In this document: piece after piece, positions 21,998 to 35,680 of the stretch
How the letters are laid out: the number at the start of each line of letters is the position of its first letter
How positions within the stretch are numbered: position 1 is the first letter of the stretch
Assembly (NCBI GenBank): GCA_047495785.1
Contig: JBLDXI010000019.1
Coordinates: forward strand, 2,356,001 to 2,420,000
DNA length: 64,000 bases
Reading direction: 5' to 3'
Source: Lepidodermella squamata
Lineage: Eukaryota; Animalia; Gastrotricha
The notes under the pieces: generated by a model
Database searches by the model: none
What the model was told of the DNA's origin: nothing
The model's input: only the letters and a program-made list of their open reading frames with translations
Made by a program: the position numbers and the translations under genes

Positions 21998-23766
21998 GAA
22001 AATATCTCTATTTCAAATGTAAGCGAAGTGAAATAAAAAAATTTGAGAAATGGAGTGTTTATCAGAAGTTGCATTTTGGAAATGTCGAAGTATCACCCAA
22101 GCCGGAAAGCGTCACCCAAACCGGAGAAATTCTCGCTAGTTTCAGGGGATGTAAAACCTAGCGTCTAGAATGCGTGATGCTTGAGCACGCGTCAATCGGG
22201 ATTCGAATGGCACCCTTAAAGTGATCACGCATGAATGTTTAAAGTGTCTTTTGTCTTAAGTTGAAGCTTCATATCCTCCCTAGGACAAGAAACATTCAGG
22301 CTATGACGCGAGTATGCGCAGACAGTCGCGACGCCTAATGCTTAGAAATATTCCCAAGGAAGGGGTTGGATCATATCTTCGTTTCAGCACGTTCACTTTA
22401 TGACGGCTCGAATCGAGGCCCGGTACACCATCAAGGAAATTTGTGAATATTGAAAAGTCTTATCAAACCTTTGCAGCAGTAAGCGTGCTTTATTTTCATA
22501 AAAATATCTTGTGTTCGTTACAAGGAAATATTTGAATTTGATATCGCAGCGTAAAATGGTCTCAAAAGCTTTCGAATTTGCTTGAATATGACGTCGGTCT
22601 CCATACCTTCTACTAGGTCATTAGCTAGATTACTACACCTTGAATGACATCAGCAAGTTTTCTCACGGATCAAAAAACGGTCTTAGAACTTGGAACTCAA
22701 CGTGGGCGGCATTGCACTGCCGATGACCCTTTTGGGATTCAACATACCGTACATGCTATACTAATTAAAAGTTTATTTCTGAACGTCCAATTCAATCCGA
22801 ATTCGCTGAGTTTTCTCAGCCCCGAAATTAGCTTCTTAGCCATGCACATAAACACTGAGAACTCTATCCACTTATAATGATCGAAGACAATTCTCGCTAC
22901 TCTCGCTCCCTAATCAGAAGCGCTATCTATCATCAGCGTATCATCTTTCGAGTTTGGATGCTAACACTAATTCTCTGTCTGTTTTTAATAGTTATTTCTC
23001 CCCTTTCTCTCTGTTGAGTTTGCTCGAGCTGCCCCTGAGGGTCATCCCCACGGATGTGCGAAATCATGGCTGCACTGCGTGCAAGAATGTCAAGATGCAA
23101 ACACGATTGATGAAACTGTGTCGCGCATGATTTTTCTAGCACTGCCCTGGAATGACGTCAAGTTGTAAACATTTTCAGCAGACGTATGTCAGCAAAATTA
23201 TTCAGCAGACGTATGTCTTCTTTTATCAGAAAAATGTCTTATTCTCCGGCAACTAACAATGCGACTTGAAGTAGAAGGATTATGTGCAACCTGGGTGGGA
23301 TCGGCCTAACTTCGAAAGTCGCCGCGATGATATTAGCTCAATCCTAGGCACTTGAGGATAAAAAGAGTTTGATCATGAGGAAAACTATCACCCCGGCAAG
23401 TATGCCTCGCTCACATTGCCAGAGTTCTTGACCAAGAAATATTCTATTGGCGGTAATGTGCTTAAGCCGTCACCTACCAGATTCTTCAATGTTCGGGAAA
23501 GTCTGAAATCAATCATTTCGGTTTTTAGTCCAATCGTTCTTGGTTTTTATTGTCACAATAAAGTTCAGAATCAGACGCGTTTCAAGTCAAGCTCGTGCGC
23601 CTCCAACACCCACTGCTGCCCTGCAAAATCACGATTTAATCATTTAGCCAAGCAAACAAGATATTCAGGAGCATTATCTCGCGGAAATATATCTATCAGT
23701 TGGACGCAGAAGCGAGCAGAGTATCAGCTTTCAGCACGCTAATTCTGAGCTACTATAAAAAGCAAA

Positions 23767-23883
23767 ATGCATTTTCTGTCAAGTCTATTTTTAATAGCAT
23801 GCATTGCGACAGTTACCGCCTTCAAAGTCCGTGACTCAACATCTGCCGCTGACCAGTTTTTATTTTTTGTCATTTACGCTTAG
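23767..23883 (+). pseudogene. Truncated duplicate of the phospholipase B-like gene (upstream region plus first ~29 codons only)
   Basis: 23568-23852 is closely similar to 31345-31630. It encodes MHFLSSLFLIACIATVTAFKVRDSTSAAD, then homology breaks and a stop follows. Confidence 0.9.
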
Positions 23884-24264
23884 ACAAATTCACTGTTGAA
23901 GCCGCAGCATCTAAGTTGGACTTTGAATTATTTCGCCGCGCTACACTATTCAAAGATATTCTACCGGGCGGAAGATTTGCTCTGAGAGTTGGTGGAAATG
24001 TGCGCGCATATAGAACATGCTCTATAAACCAGATGGGCGATCTTTCCAAGTAAAGTATGGGAGAAGAACCAGAGATCAGCATTTCTACCGATTCCGAAGC
24101 AGCTAACAGGAAACTGACAAATATTGTTTATGAAATTTAGCTATTTTTCTAAGAATCGTTCTGTTTGACAGTGAATCCCCAAAAAAAGTCCATGAACGTT
24201 TTGCAAAAATTAGGAAAATGAATAGATAATTCGAGGAACATATTAAGTGAAAGGTGTGTGCGAA

Positions 24265-26500
24265 TGTTGGGGCCCGAGCGCGAAACGTGCCTGAACGCGT
24301 CCAGGTATACCCGAGCCCGACTGGGTAATAGCGTTTTGCCCGTCCGCACTCGGGCCGTTTTAAATGCTGCCCGTATGTAGCGTTTACGTTAAGTCGATGA
24401 AAATGAAGCAAATCCCGCTTGAGTGGACACCAGTGTAGAAGATGGACACTTTGCCGAAAGGGGGATATAGGTATCGGTTGATCGGCATTTCCATCAGCCG
24501 CTTATGATTGAAACACGCCGGCTAGACCCGATTGAACCACGGCAAGAACTTTGGCGTAGACTTGGCCGGCGTAGCATCCAAGTGCAACACACTTCTTCCT
24601 CGTCAAAGAGTCCTCCAAATCTGACTGGTCGTCATCTGAAAAAAATTATCAAATAATTAGTAATAATAATGATGATTGCAAATTGCAATAATGATTAATA
24701 ATGATATTAAAAAAATGTATGAACATTTTTGAATTTGTTTTTTAAATTCTTAAAAAATTCGGCAACAAAATAATAGCGAAATAACAACATACAAAAACCT
24801 AAAAAAAACAGACTGAGCACGCGCTTCAGGTCTTTTTCGTTCTCGATGGTCGGAACAACGTCGAAAAGCATCCCGGGAACAGAGTAGGCACCTAGGCGAG
24901 GCGGAATGCCGTAGAGCGTCTGATATGGAGTGCACCCGAGGCCCACATGCCACGTGGTGTTGATCTTCTTCCGCCCGACAGGCTGGATGGGCAGCTTGGC
25001 AAACTCGCTCTTGCTCGGCAAGGCGAGCTTCCTGGGCCTCCTCCTCCGGGTCAACGCGGTCGGGTGCAGGGAAAATGACCCAGATGCTTTGGCCATTTTA
25101 ACTCATCTCAACTCGCCTCCGGCTCGTTTCGATTCGTAAATCTCGGTCGGCTCCGTTCAGATATGAACTCTTTACTCATGTTATACCATACAAATATAAT
25201 ACGGCGAACAAATCTAAATATAAAAAAACAATTTTGAAAATCAATTATTCATTAAAGAAAGATTTTGGCCGCGCCACGACCGATTGCGCACAGCTGAATC
25301 TAAATCGTGTAAAATGTTGAATATAACAATCGAAAAAAGGTTTGAGGGTTCAGGCCATTTCGGCCATGAAGGTGGGCCCGTTGCCATTTCGGCCATTCGG
25401 CGGAATAAACGAGACAAGACTCCTGACCTTTCGCCAATTCTTGAACATGCTTTTGCTTTGAGTAATAGATTTTTGAGCAAATTGATAAAATTAATCGTTG
25501 GATAAGTACCCATTGGATAAAAGATTTAAGGAGGCATTAAGGGATTGAGTTCGAAGAAAGCCCCACACTTCTAACACCGGCTTAATTAAGGAGGCTTGAG
25601 CTGTGCGAGTAGTTTTAACAATAAGAAATAAAAAAATCTGATGTCTATTATCAATTTCGGGGGAACGAGACGCATATTAGCCAAGCATCCAGAAACGGGT
25701 ATATAGCTGTCAGAGAACATGGATAAAACATTCTGTAGGTACTTAATACTTAGGATGATGGGGTCAACATGCGTCTTTATTATTTATGAAATAACGGGGC
25801 TAGAATGAACGATTTTAAGCTGAACTGCGTTCCAAATTATGAACATTAATTCCGAATTAAATGGAATACTTCGGAATATTGGACTTCCTCAAGTTGCGTG
25901 AGAGTAGGTGAGATGTGTGTCCTTTCACGCGCCGTCAAGGACCCTGGAGGGCGGCCGGACGGGCTTATCTTGAGCGGCGCAATCCGAAGACGCGCCACGC
26001 CGCCGCCTGTAATCAAATTGTATCACGAATGATCTTACTGCACTTGAGTGCTTCATCAATGCAAAGGCGGCTACTACCTGTGTCAAAAATCATAAAAATG
26101 AGCGACGAGACTCAAAAATAAACACAAATTCCAGTCATTTCTTATTTCTTTTATTTTAACAAAAAAAGATATGGAAAAATGATGATATAATGACAATGAG
26201 TTCAAGTCAATATTTAAGTGAGGCGCACCTTATTTTCCCATGTCGGACTTCGGTAAATTGCAATCCCGACTGTGGAATCGTGTCCAGAGTGAAAACAATG
26301 CGTGGTTCTTTCAGCCGTAATCGGGCTGACACCTGCTCTTACCCGTGTCCACTCAAGCGGGATTTGCTTCATTTTCATCGATTTAACGTAAACGCTGCAT
26401 ACGGGCAGCATTTGAAACGGCCAGAGTCCGGACGGGCTCGGGCTCGGGTAAGCCCGAACGCGTTCGGGCACGTTCATGACTTGGCCCCCAACCCCCAACA
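24265..26500 (-). mobile_element. Non-autonomous Ginger-like DNA transposon (TGTT...AACA ends, ~160-bp TIRs, 4-bp TSD CGAA) with an integrase remnant
   Basis: 24265-24430 is the imperfect reverse complement of 26345-26500. CGAA flanks both ends (24261-24264 and 26501-26504). An internal minus-strand fragment KINTTWHVGLGCTPYQTLYGIPPRLG resembles the end of a retroviral-type integrase core. Confidence 0.82.
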
Positions 26501-27431
26501 CGAATATCTCGAAGCCATCAATATGAGTCATGGGTGAGTTTGATAACTGCATTTCCTCTGGATTTCCTCGCCGAATCAGGGTTTTTTAGAAGCACAACGA
26601 AAGTGTGCATTAAGATTTAGATTCGTTGGCACGGATCAATCTTTGCCATTGCTTGCTTTAAGAGCAGAGAGCGAAAATGTGCAATTCTAGATAGTCATGA
26701 ATCACGAATGAAGCTGAGAGACGAGCAAAAGCCATTCGTAAGCTGGGTGCTTGGAGCTGGCGACCAACAGGGACAGTGGCGTAACCAGCTGGTTGTTTTG
26801 GTTCATACAACTACCAAAATGAAAACTCAAAACCCCCTCCTAGGCCTATTTTCTCTATAAAATGCATAAAATTGCTTGAGAAGTGGAGGATATATTTGCA
26901 AAATTGTCAAAACTATTCTCGCTTCGCTCCAAATCCCGAGATTATTGTTGATATTTCCTATTGAAAATCGGCAATAGTCGACCTTGGATTATCCTGGGAA
27001 AAAATCAAACTTCTACCAACTGAGATCTATAACTACGAAACATTTTTTCTGGTTACCGCCACGGAACAGGGAGAGTGTTTTGTTGTTCGAGAGAAGCTCA
27101 TCGGCTACTTCAACTTTCACAAAATCAGAATTATGCGAGGCCAAAGAATTGATACGATACGATACTGATACGATAGTTGAAATCGTCATCAACGAATCGT
27201 TTTTCCGATCGGATTTGACAGCTTCAGATACAATGGAGGAAAACATGGAACCTATGTATCGACCATTTCGTTGGATCAGATTTTCGATAAAGATATGGAT
27301 GGTTATTCTTACACATTACACATCACAGATTGTGCACATCAGTAACAAAACACTGCAAAAGTGGTACGCCTGCCGACCAGTTTTCTTGGTGCCACGATTG
27401 GCCAACGTGCCAGGGTTAGAGAACCACTGAT

Positions 27432-30120
27432 CTAAGCTGAAGTTTCAACCACCTGAGAAATGTGAGCCAGATCCAAACCAGAAGCAGCCATTGGAAAAGC
27501 TCTTGATACCCTGGTAGTATTTTGGCCACTATTGAGACGACGGCTTGCATCTAACGCCGTGCCCATTGACTCGCCGTGCTCACCGAGCTTCATCAAACTC
27601 AAGTTGGCTTTCACTTCGCTCGGTTTCAGAAATTTGGTTCCAACAGCCATTGCAGCGGTCAACGGAGCGATTATCAGCAGGAAAGCTGAGATGGTTATGA
27701 TCACATACTGCTCATCTTTATACTTTAATATCGCGACAAAGCAAGCGGCAAGAATGAGGAGAAGGAACTGAGGAATGGACGTGGTCAGCATAGAAAAATG
27801 GGCAACATTACTCAGCAATTTTGGCTTCCTTTTAGCCAACCCTCTCAGCTGGATAGCGTGATTGGCAATGAAAGCTAACATGATGAGTTGGCTGATTCCT
27901 GATATCCCCATCAAAATTTGCGACGGCAGATGTTGCGATGAGAATAAAGCCGAGATCGCATTGCATTTTTGGCGTTTGAATTGAAATGACAGACTAATGT
28001 CATTTTGCGACGATTCCTCACTGCTAACCTCTTCGGAGCTTGTCATTGGATGCGATAGGAATAGAGCTACTAGCAGCGTTGTATGAAAAATTGCCCATTC
28101 CGCCGCTGTAAGGTAATTAGAATGCGCATGGCGACCCAAGCCTTGTCTCAGCTTCGCTAAAAGACTGCCAACGATGGTGGACAAGCCGATGCAGATCATG
28201 AAAGCAATGGCGTAGCAGTTAGGTTCAAGGTTAGACTGCATGTCCAGAGGGATAGCATAAACTTGCCCGATCGCTATACCAAGTCCTGTCAAAAGCGTTT
28301 TTAAAAATTCAGCGAGAACGGCTTTTGTCTCTTACCTATTAACATGGCGTAGTCAATTTTGTCAAAATATTGCTTCCCGCTGAGTGGGCTGATTCTTTTT
28401 CCATTAATACCAAGTATGACAAAAGCAGCAATCTCAACACTGGCTGCAGCTTTGAGACCAACGCTTGGACCGAAGTCAAGCAGAGGCAACTTCAATCCGA
28501 TAACTACGAGGCGGTCTTTTGGCGGCATGCCGTCATTGCTTTGCCAGTCGATATTTTGCTTCATCAGAATCACAGTTTCATTCATTAGCAAATGACCTAT
28601 CAATTTCTTTTTAGTAGTTTTGCCGTCTTCAGAATAATGCTGCTGGTAAAGAACAGGCACATAGGAGACGGAATAGTCTGAGATTTTTGCATTTGGATCG
28701 TATCTGAAAATACCGGATTGGCCGGCCAGAGTAGTGCGGAAGAAAGCGTCCTTCAAAATGTTGAGGATTTCAGCACCCTTCTGCTGGAAGAATGGTCGAT
28801 TAGTTGATAAATCAGCAAGGGTCATATTTCTTTTCCTCAACATATTTTCTGTCTCATTCAACGCAAGACCTAAGAACATGTAGCGATCATAGTCGCCGGG
28901 TACAAAGACTTCTATTCCATGAAGCTGTCCGGGATTATCGATTTTCGACTTGATTTCTGAGAATAATTGAATTTGTTTCAGGCCTGTTTCATCAGCATAA
29001 TTAGGATCAAGATCTGACATCGTCATATCGCTCGAAACTATCATATGATTTCGAACTTCGAAAAGCATCTTCGGAGTGCACCAAGATGCCAGGAACGAAG
29101 GAACCTCTGGAAAAAGAATATTCAATCAACTCAACAATTGAGGTCTCTTAATCACATAAAATTCTTTGACATTCATTACCTGAAGTGTCGTCGAATGTGT
29201 AAAAGGCCATCGCAAGCAAAACGTAACCCTTCCCATAGAGTCCATATCGGTGCAGGTAACAAGCGAAAGTTGGCATCATCCAAGTGAAGATTTGAATAAT
29301 TCTTGGACCGTTGGCTTTAAGCTCTTTGAAAACTTCGTCCATCTCATGTTCGCTGAGGTCCCATATGGTGCTAGAGACCGCACCGTAATACAACAACGAA
29401 ATGCCGTTTTTCTCGAGATGGTCTACCATAATGTCACTGAGCTGAACGTTGAAGATGTCGTTATCTCCAATTATAGCGACCCGTTTCCAACCAACCGTTT
29501 GAATAAAGCGAGACCACGCCCTCAAGTAGATTTCCGCGCAGAATCCCATAGGAAAGAAATTGGGATACAACCGTCGCTCAATTATTCCTCGTGGTCCTTC
29601 CAGGTCGAAAGAGAAACCGAAGAGATTCTGGGGTCCAAGGGTCATCGCGACTATTCTCTGGGCGAACATTCCGCAGTCTGGCAAAATGACGATAGGGAGT
29701 CGATTGTCCACCTCATCGTTGTCTCGTAGTTTTTGAACCTGAAGGATGCCATTCTCATTCGTGCACTGAAATACAATTCGAATCAAAGCTTTTACATGCC
29801 GATGGAAAACGTTATCTCACCTCATTGTCAACTAGCTCGAAGATGATTTCGTAATCTCGAAGCCAATATGGATAGGTCTTGCGGAGTCTATCCAGGGCGA
29901 GCTGGGCTGTTAGATAGGTTCCCGGACCGACTGCCCACCACGAGCCTGAGTACAGGACTGATGTCACAATTTTGATGACGGTTCTAGCCCTTCCTTCAGT
30001 GGTGTTAAGTTGGCTTGAACCGATTTGAGGTGGCATTCGGGGGTCATTCCACGGGACTTTCGTTAGAGAAGCTGGAACTGCCAGGAATGCGAGCATGAAC
30101 AAGCATTCATACATTTTCAT
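27432..30120 (-). CDS. GABA-B-receptor-like orphan class C GPCR, copy B; exons 30120-29821, 29765-29180, 29106-28336, 28285-27432
   Basis: Same exon structure as copy A at a constant 8138-nt offset. Nearly identical ectodomain, with a diverged signal peptide and C-terminal tail. Confidence 0.88.
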
Positions 30121-31542
30121 TTTCCGAGATAACGTGCGAAAAATAAATTTTTGGAATTAGCGAAATATATTGACTTGAAATCCGGTTAGTATGACCCACT
30201 TCGGCGAAATGTGTGTCAGTTTGACAGGATGCAGAACCCTCAGGTCTGGCGGTCGTGACGAGTTTCAGACATAAGGGTTCATCATACTCGAGTTTTAATC
30301 GGGTTTGAAATAACAGCCTATGAATGATTATATGCATTTTAATAGGATCTTTTGTTCTAGACTGAGAGCTTAATATCCTCCGTAGACGTGAATTTTGTAG
30401 GAAATCGTCGGGATTTTCCCCCAACGCAGACATTCTGTTGCGCAGGAAAGTTTCTCAAAGCATGTGACGCATTTGTTTCAAGTGTGATGCTATTTTCGGC
30501 GCTTTCGTTCCGGTGTTTGGCATTGAAGCTAAAATCATCTTCAGGAAACCAGCGAATAGTTAATAGGTTATTACTATTTAACGCATTGCAAGAAGGAGCT
30601 GAATTAGCGTATTTCTCCAAAAGGGAAATATAGTTGGATATGATAAAAACAAAACTATGTTTACGTATCGAAACTGTCCAGAATATTATCATATTGCCAC
30701 GTATTTACTCGGATTACGTCAGTCGCAGCTACTTCGAAATGCTATTAGCTTGATTACCACATCTTGAATGGCAACAGCCAGTTTCCTCGAGGACAAAAAA
30801 AGCAGCTTTTAGAACTCAACGTAGGCTGACTTGTACCCCTTCTGAAGTTGTACATGCTTTAGCAGTAATTAAAATAATAATAATTAGTGACCAAACGTCC
30901 AGGAATCAACCCTCCACAACAGAGAAACGTCTTAGTCTTACCTCTAGTTCTCGAAACCTTACTTTCTGGTCTTATGGGCAATATACTTTTAAGACTTGCG
31001 CGGTCAATCCACGAAGATCTGGGCTTTGAGCGTACGGATCTGACAATTAGATAGATTAGAAGCTAGATATCTCGCATTTATGACTCGTTCTGGACCGTGA
31101 AACATTCGACGTAGGCTGCGCACTGTGCATCTATCAGATTCAAAGCGTGGGAAATTTTACAAACCAATCATGTCAGCTTTGTTTCGAATTGCCGTCCGCA
31201 CTGTTTCTAAGCTCACTTAAAATGAGTAAAAATTATGATTCAGGCGTCGCGTTTTATTCAGGTGAAACTTGTGCGCTTCCTGTTAGTTACTATTTTTGAA
31301 TCATTTATAGCCAAGCAAACAAGAATAAGCAGAGGCATTAGAGGAATCAGACGCGTCACAAGTTAAAGTCGTGCGCCTCTAACACCCACTGCCGCACTGC
31401 ATAATCAAGATTTAATCATTTAGCCAAGCAAACAAGATATTCAGCAGCATTATCTCGCGGAAAGATATCTCTCAATTGGACGCAGAAGCGAGCAGAGTAT
31501 CAACTTTCAGCACGCTAATTCTGAGCTACTATAAAAAGCAAA

Positions 31543-34023
31543 ATGCATTTTCTGTCCAGTCTATTTTTAATAGCATGCATTTCGACAGTTACCGCCTTCA
31601 AAGTCCGTGAATCGACATCTGCCGCTGACAAGGTTGCTTTCGTCTACTATTACGCTAATGACAAGTTCGTAGTTAAAACCGGACCGGTAAACCCTAATAG
31701 CCTCTTAGCCGCAACAGGCCGATTCCGCGAGGATACTAACATCACAGGATGGGCTTACCTGGACGTAACAGCCAAGAAGAAATTGTCACAGACGTTCAAC
31801 GATACAATCCGAGCCTATGCTGCGGGGCTTGCTGAGGGGTTTCTTACCTCTCGCATGATCAATCTTCACTACATAAATCGAGTTCAAGGGTATTGCGAAC
31901 AGGACCCGGCTTACTGTAAGAGATTGAAGGACTTCCTTAACCAAAATGTTAACTGGATGGCTAGGTATGCGACGACCATTTGTTGTTGAATGAAAGGGGT
32001 TACAATTTGAGTTTTCTAGCATGGTCACGGCAAATCGCAACTCCTCTTCATTTTGGCACCACGTTGGCCTATTCATGGAGCAACTTTCTGGCATCGCAGA
32101 TGGGGTCAGTGGGACTTACCTAGGCCCTCGTCTCAACTTACAAGGACAAGGATTGGCCGATCTTTACTTCTCGAATCTTCACGGAGATATCGATGATTTG
32201 GAGCATGTCCTCAACAAATCCATCTTAACTAAAAATGGCGCATCTGGCTGCTCAGTTTTAACTAAAATCACACCGAATGGTGACTTGGCAATAGGCCACG
32301 CAACTTGGATAAACTACAAAAGCATGTTGCGGTTGATTAAAAACTTTCAACTCGACTTTTACGCAACTGCAGCGGTGCAAACTGGGCAGAATTACGTTGC
32401 GAAAGTTAAGGTGACCTCCTACCCAGGTTATTTGACGTCCCTCGATGACTTTTACATCAATTCGAATCAACTTGCGATTTTTGACTCGACCCTAACGAAT
32501 TACAACAACACCATTTGGAAGGTTGTGACGCCGACTACGACTGTTCCGTACTCCATAAGAAGTGCTGTAGCATCTCGGCTTGCGACAAATGCTAACGATT
32601 GGCATGACATTTTCAAAATGTTCAACAGTGGCACTGGTAATTCTGAATGGTTTGTAGTTGATTACAAGGCATGGGCTGCTAAACAGGATACGGGAGTTTT
32701 GGTGGTTGGAGACCAAATGCCGGGCAATTACTTTGTCGCTGATGCTACACAACGCTTGAAGGCTAATTCTTACGTTGCGTCGTATAACATTCCGTCGATT
32801 CCGGCGGCTTACGATTGGTCGAATAATACTGGCATGGAGAAGGTTTTTGGCGACTATTTCTCGTACAATAAAACCGCGAGAGCACTGATTTTCGCACGGG
32901 ATCACTCAAAGGTATGGATTATTTCTTATTAATGTAGACTATATACTGTTCAGCTTTCATCCTTCATACAAAATATGTTTTGAGACACAAATTTAGAAAT
33001 AAATCTAAAATGGAGGAAATTATAGTATTCATAAGTTGCGAGAATTTCCCAATTTTATAAACAAATTTTTAGAAATTAAGCTAGGGGAATATTCCATCCT
33101 TTATCCTTTATCCACGATTTTACCGAAGAAATTGAAAATTTACCAGGGAAAACCCTGAAAACCCCGATGGTAACTGTTTCGGTAATTTTCGGTTTTTACC
33201 TGGTTAGACCACATTTTTTCATTTCTTCGGATTTTTCTTCGGATTTTTTTTCATTTATTCTCATTCACAAGAGACATACTTGATTACTTTTTTTTAGGGC
33301 ATTTTAGATTTTGCTAAGATTTTCTTGCCATGAGATATGACTTCCCCTCTCATTTAGGAGTTTCTGATTCCTTTGCCGTATATTTCCTTTGTTTGCGTTA
33401 CCTATGGGACACACTGTATAAGGAGCACAACATGTTGGTAATTTCCAGTTCCTATTTTAGATGATAGTTTTCCCAATTTTGAATCATCATTCAAAAAAAT
33501 CATCAGACTATTTAAGGAATATTTTTTTTAATTTTTTTAATTCTCCGTAATTGTCATTCGAAGTTCTATTTTTTCTATTTTATTTCAACAATTTTCTTCA
33601 ACTGTCAATTGAACCACTAAATAATCTATTGTCGGTGATTTTTCGTGCTAGGTTGTCGATGTGGGCACCTTGCTCAAAGTCATGCGATATAACGACTTCA
33701 AAAACGACCCGCTCTCACGCTGTCCCACCTGCAACCCGCCTTACTCTGCCGCTCTAACCGTCGCATCCCGCTACGACCTGAACCAACCCAACGGCTCGTA
33801 CCCGATCGATTTCCTCGGCGGATGGGACTCGATGGGCGCCACTGACGCCAAGGTGCTCAATGCAACGCTGATCGCTGGCATGAAATTTGTCTCGGTATCG
33901 AGCCCAACTTTCGACCAACAGCCGCCTTTCCAGTGGAGTAAGGCTAACATGCCGATCGATAAATTTCCCCACTATGGCCAGCCTGATTTATTCAATTTCG
34001 AGCCAGTAATTTATGACATTTAA
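31543..34023 (+). CDS. PLBD2: Phospholipase B-like Ntn-hydrolase (PLBD2-like); exons 31543-31964, 32020-32911, 33652-34023
   Basis: Signal peptide; TGWAYLDV; AYAAGLAEGFLT; nucleophile motif SGCSVLTK; GHATW; SYPGYLTSLDDFY; ASYNIP; RALIFARD; MRYNDFKNDPLS; GATDAK; HYGQPDLFNF. The GT-AG introns keep the frame. Confidence 0.93.
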
Positions 34024-35680
34024 TTATACCTTGTGCGAGTTCGTGCTGCAATCAATAAAAATGCGATGAATTTTACTGCCGAGTGGTAATCGAATTTTCA
34101 CCAATAAAAATAATGATAGCAAAATTTATCACCCATCTCTATGTTGCGAGTAAAAAGCATTCAAATATAATTACGGGGCGGAGAAATCACGCGGCTGAAA
34201 GTGCTGGGTGTAGCGAAACAAAATATTTTGATTTGTAAAGCGGAAATTTTACAGCAACAAAGGCGAACCGCGGCGGTATTTTCGCCACATTCAAGTGCTT
34301 TCCCAACAACTCTACAAGGCCTATTGCGAAAATAAGAGCGCATATTGATATCAAGTTGAAATAACATTGGCTTGTATCAACTTGAATTGTAATAATGATT
34401 TTAATTATTAATCATCTCACTAGCTTTACATACTCATAGACAATTTTTCCATCTCATTCCTAACACAGCTCAAGTGCAACAACTTTCAACCACTTTTATA
34501 TACCTATACCATAATTTTAGGGCAGATTTATAATTCGCAATTATTCTGAATAGCCGACGGGTGAAACAAATTTTATACCGATTTTATACCCAAATTTCCG
34601 AAATTTGGGCTTGCACATGCAATACTGAATTCTGAAATTTCGAAAAATGTTATATGTAGGTCTTGAGTCTTGAGAAACAAATTTTATCGGAAACGGAACC
34701 AAATTTTAAATAATTATTCTCCAAAAAACGTCTTTCCTGAATCTTTCAGTTTGATGATCGATTCGAAAAATCCCGCTAAAATCCTCTACAAGGCCTTGTA
34801 ATTGGGATCTAAAAAAGTACAGAATATCGTTTAGGGGATCCTAATTTTACTGTTGCGGAAAATAAATTTAGGTGAGCCAGAGGTCACTTTTCGAATAATT
34901 CTCCGAATTTTATAGTGAAAAATGCTCTTATACAGAACTGCATTGATGATCTATTTCGAATTATTCCGTTCAATCAATATGACATCTTTGAAAGTTTCGA
35001 AAATATGATTTAATCCCATTGAAAATTCCGAAATTTAACTCAGCCAACAGGCAAATTTGGTTCCGCTAAAAGTAAGACCCAACAAATTACAGCTGCGTGA
35101 CAACTTATAATGTAGTCGTCGCTTTTTTCACCTTACGCTTTTACAAAAAAATCTGGAAAAATTCATCGCCTTTTCTTTGTTTCGACCGCGAACGATTTAT
35201 TTTGTTTTTATCCCAAAGCTGATAGGTCAACAACAAATTTGTGGTTTCTGAATATAAATTAACAACAGTTTTCGTAAGCAGAAGATCCAAAACCTTAAAA
35301 TCACCTTTCCGTATCCCTTCGCACAGGTTGCCTTTTTCCGAAATTTTTATATGAATATGAATCCAAAGTTGGAATGAAGAATGTTCACTCTTGAGTGGAA
35401 GCTTTACGCCAATATCTATTATAAGATATAGTTCCTTATATTTTCAAGATCAGCAGTCAAATGAAAACGTTGCACTCCTTTGTTTTCTTAAACCCCCATT
35501 CGGTTTATGTTTATTGAAAAATGGCAATTTATTCATATTGTTCAATTTTTTACTGTTTACCAAGGCGATATATTTTGTGGTTGAAAACCCCTCTTCAAAC
35601 AAACGATGCATTGTTTTTCATTATCATCATTCTGAAATAGTGACACTTAATTATTTACCGAAGCAGTATAATTATACGGC

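Noticed and set aside
24103-24411. Similar short ORFs at 24103-24411 (-) and 26190-26537 (+)
   Set aside because: They are translations of the transposon's inverted repeats, not genes.
26774-26850. CAGTGGCGTA motif typical of some MITE or hAT ends
   Set aside because: I found no matching inverted end or TSD.
26984-27430. 148-aa plus-strand ORF abutting the GPCR copy B stop
   Set aside because: TTG start, no recognisable domain, and no splice model I could support. It may be a gene relic but this is unproven.
31530-31536. TATAAAA before the PLBD ATG (also at ~23754)
   Set aside because: It is only 6 nt from the ATG, too close to act as the TATA box.
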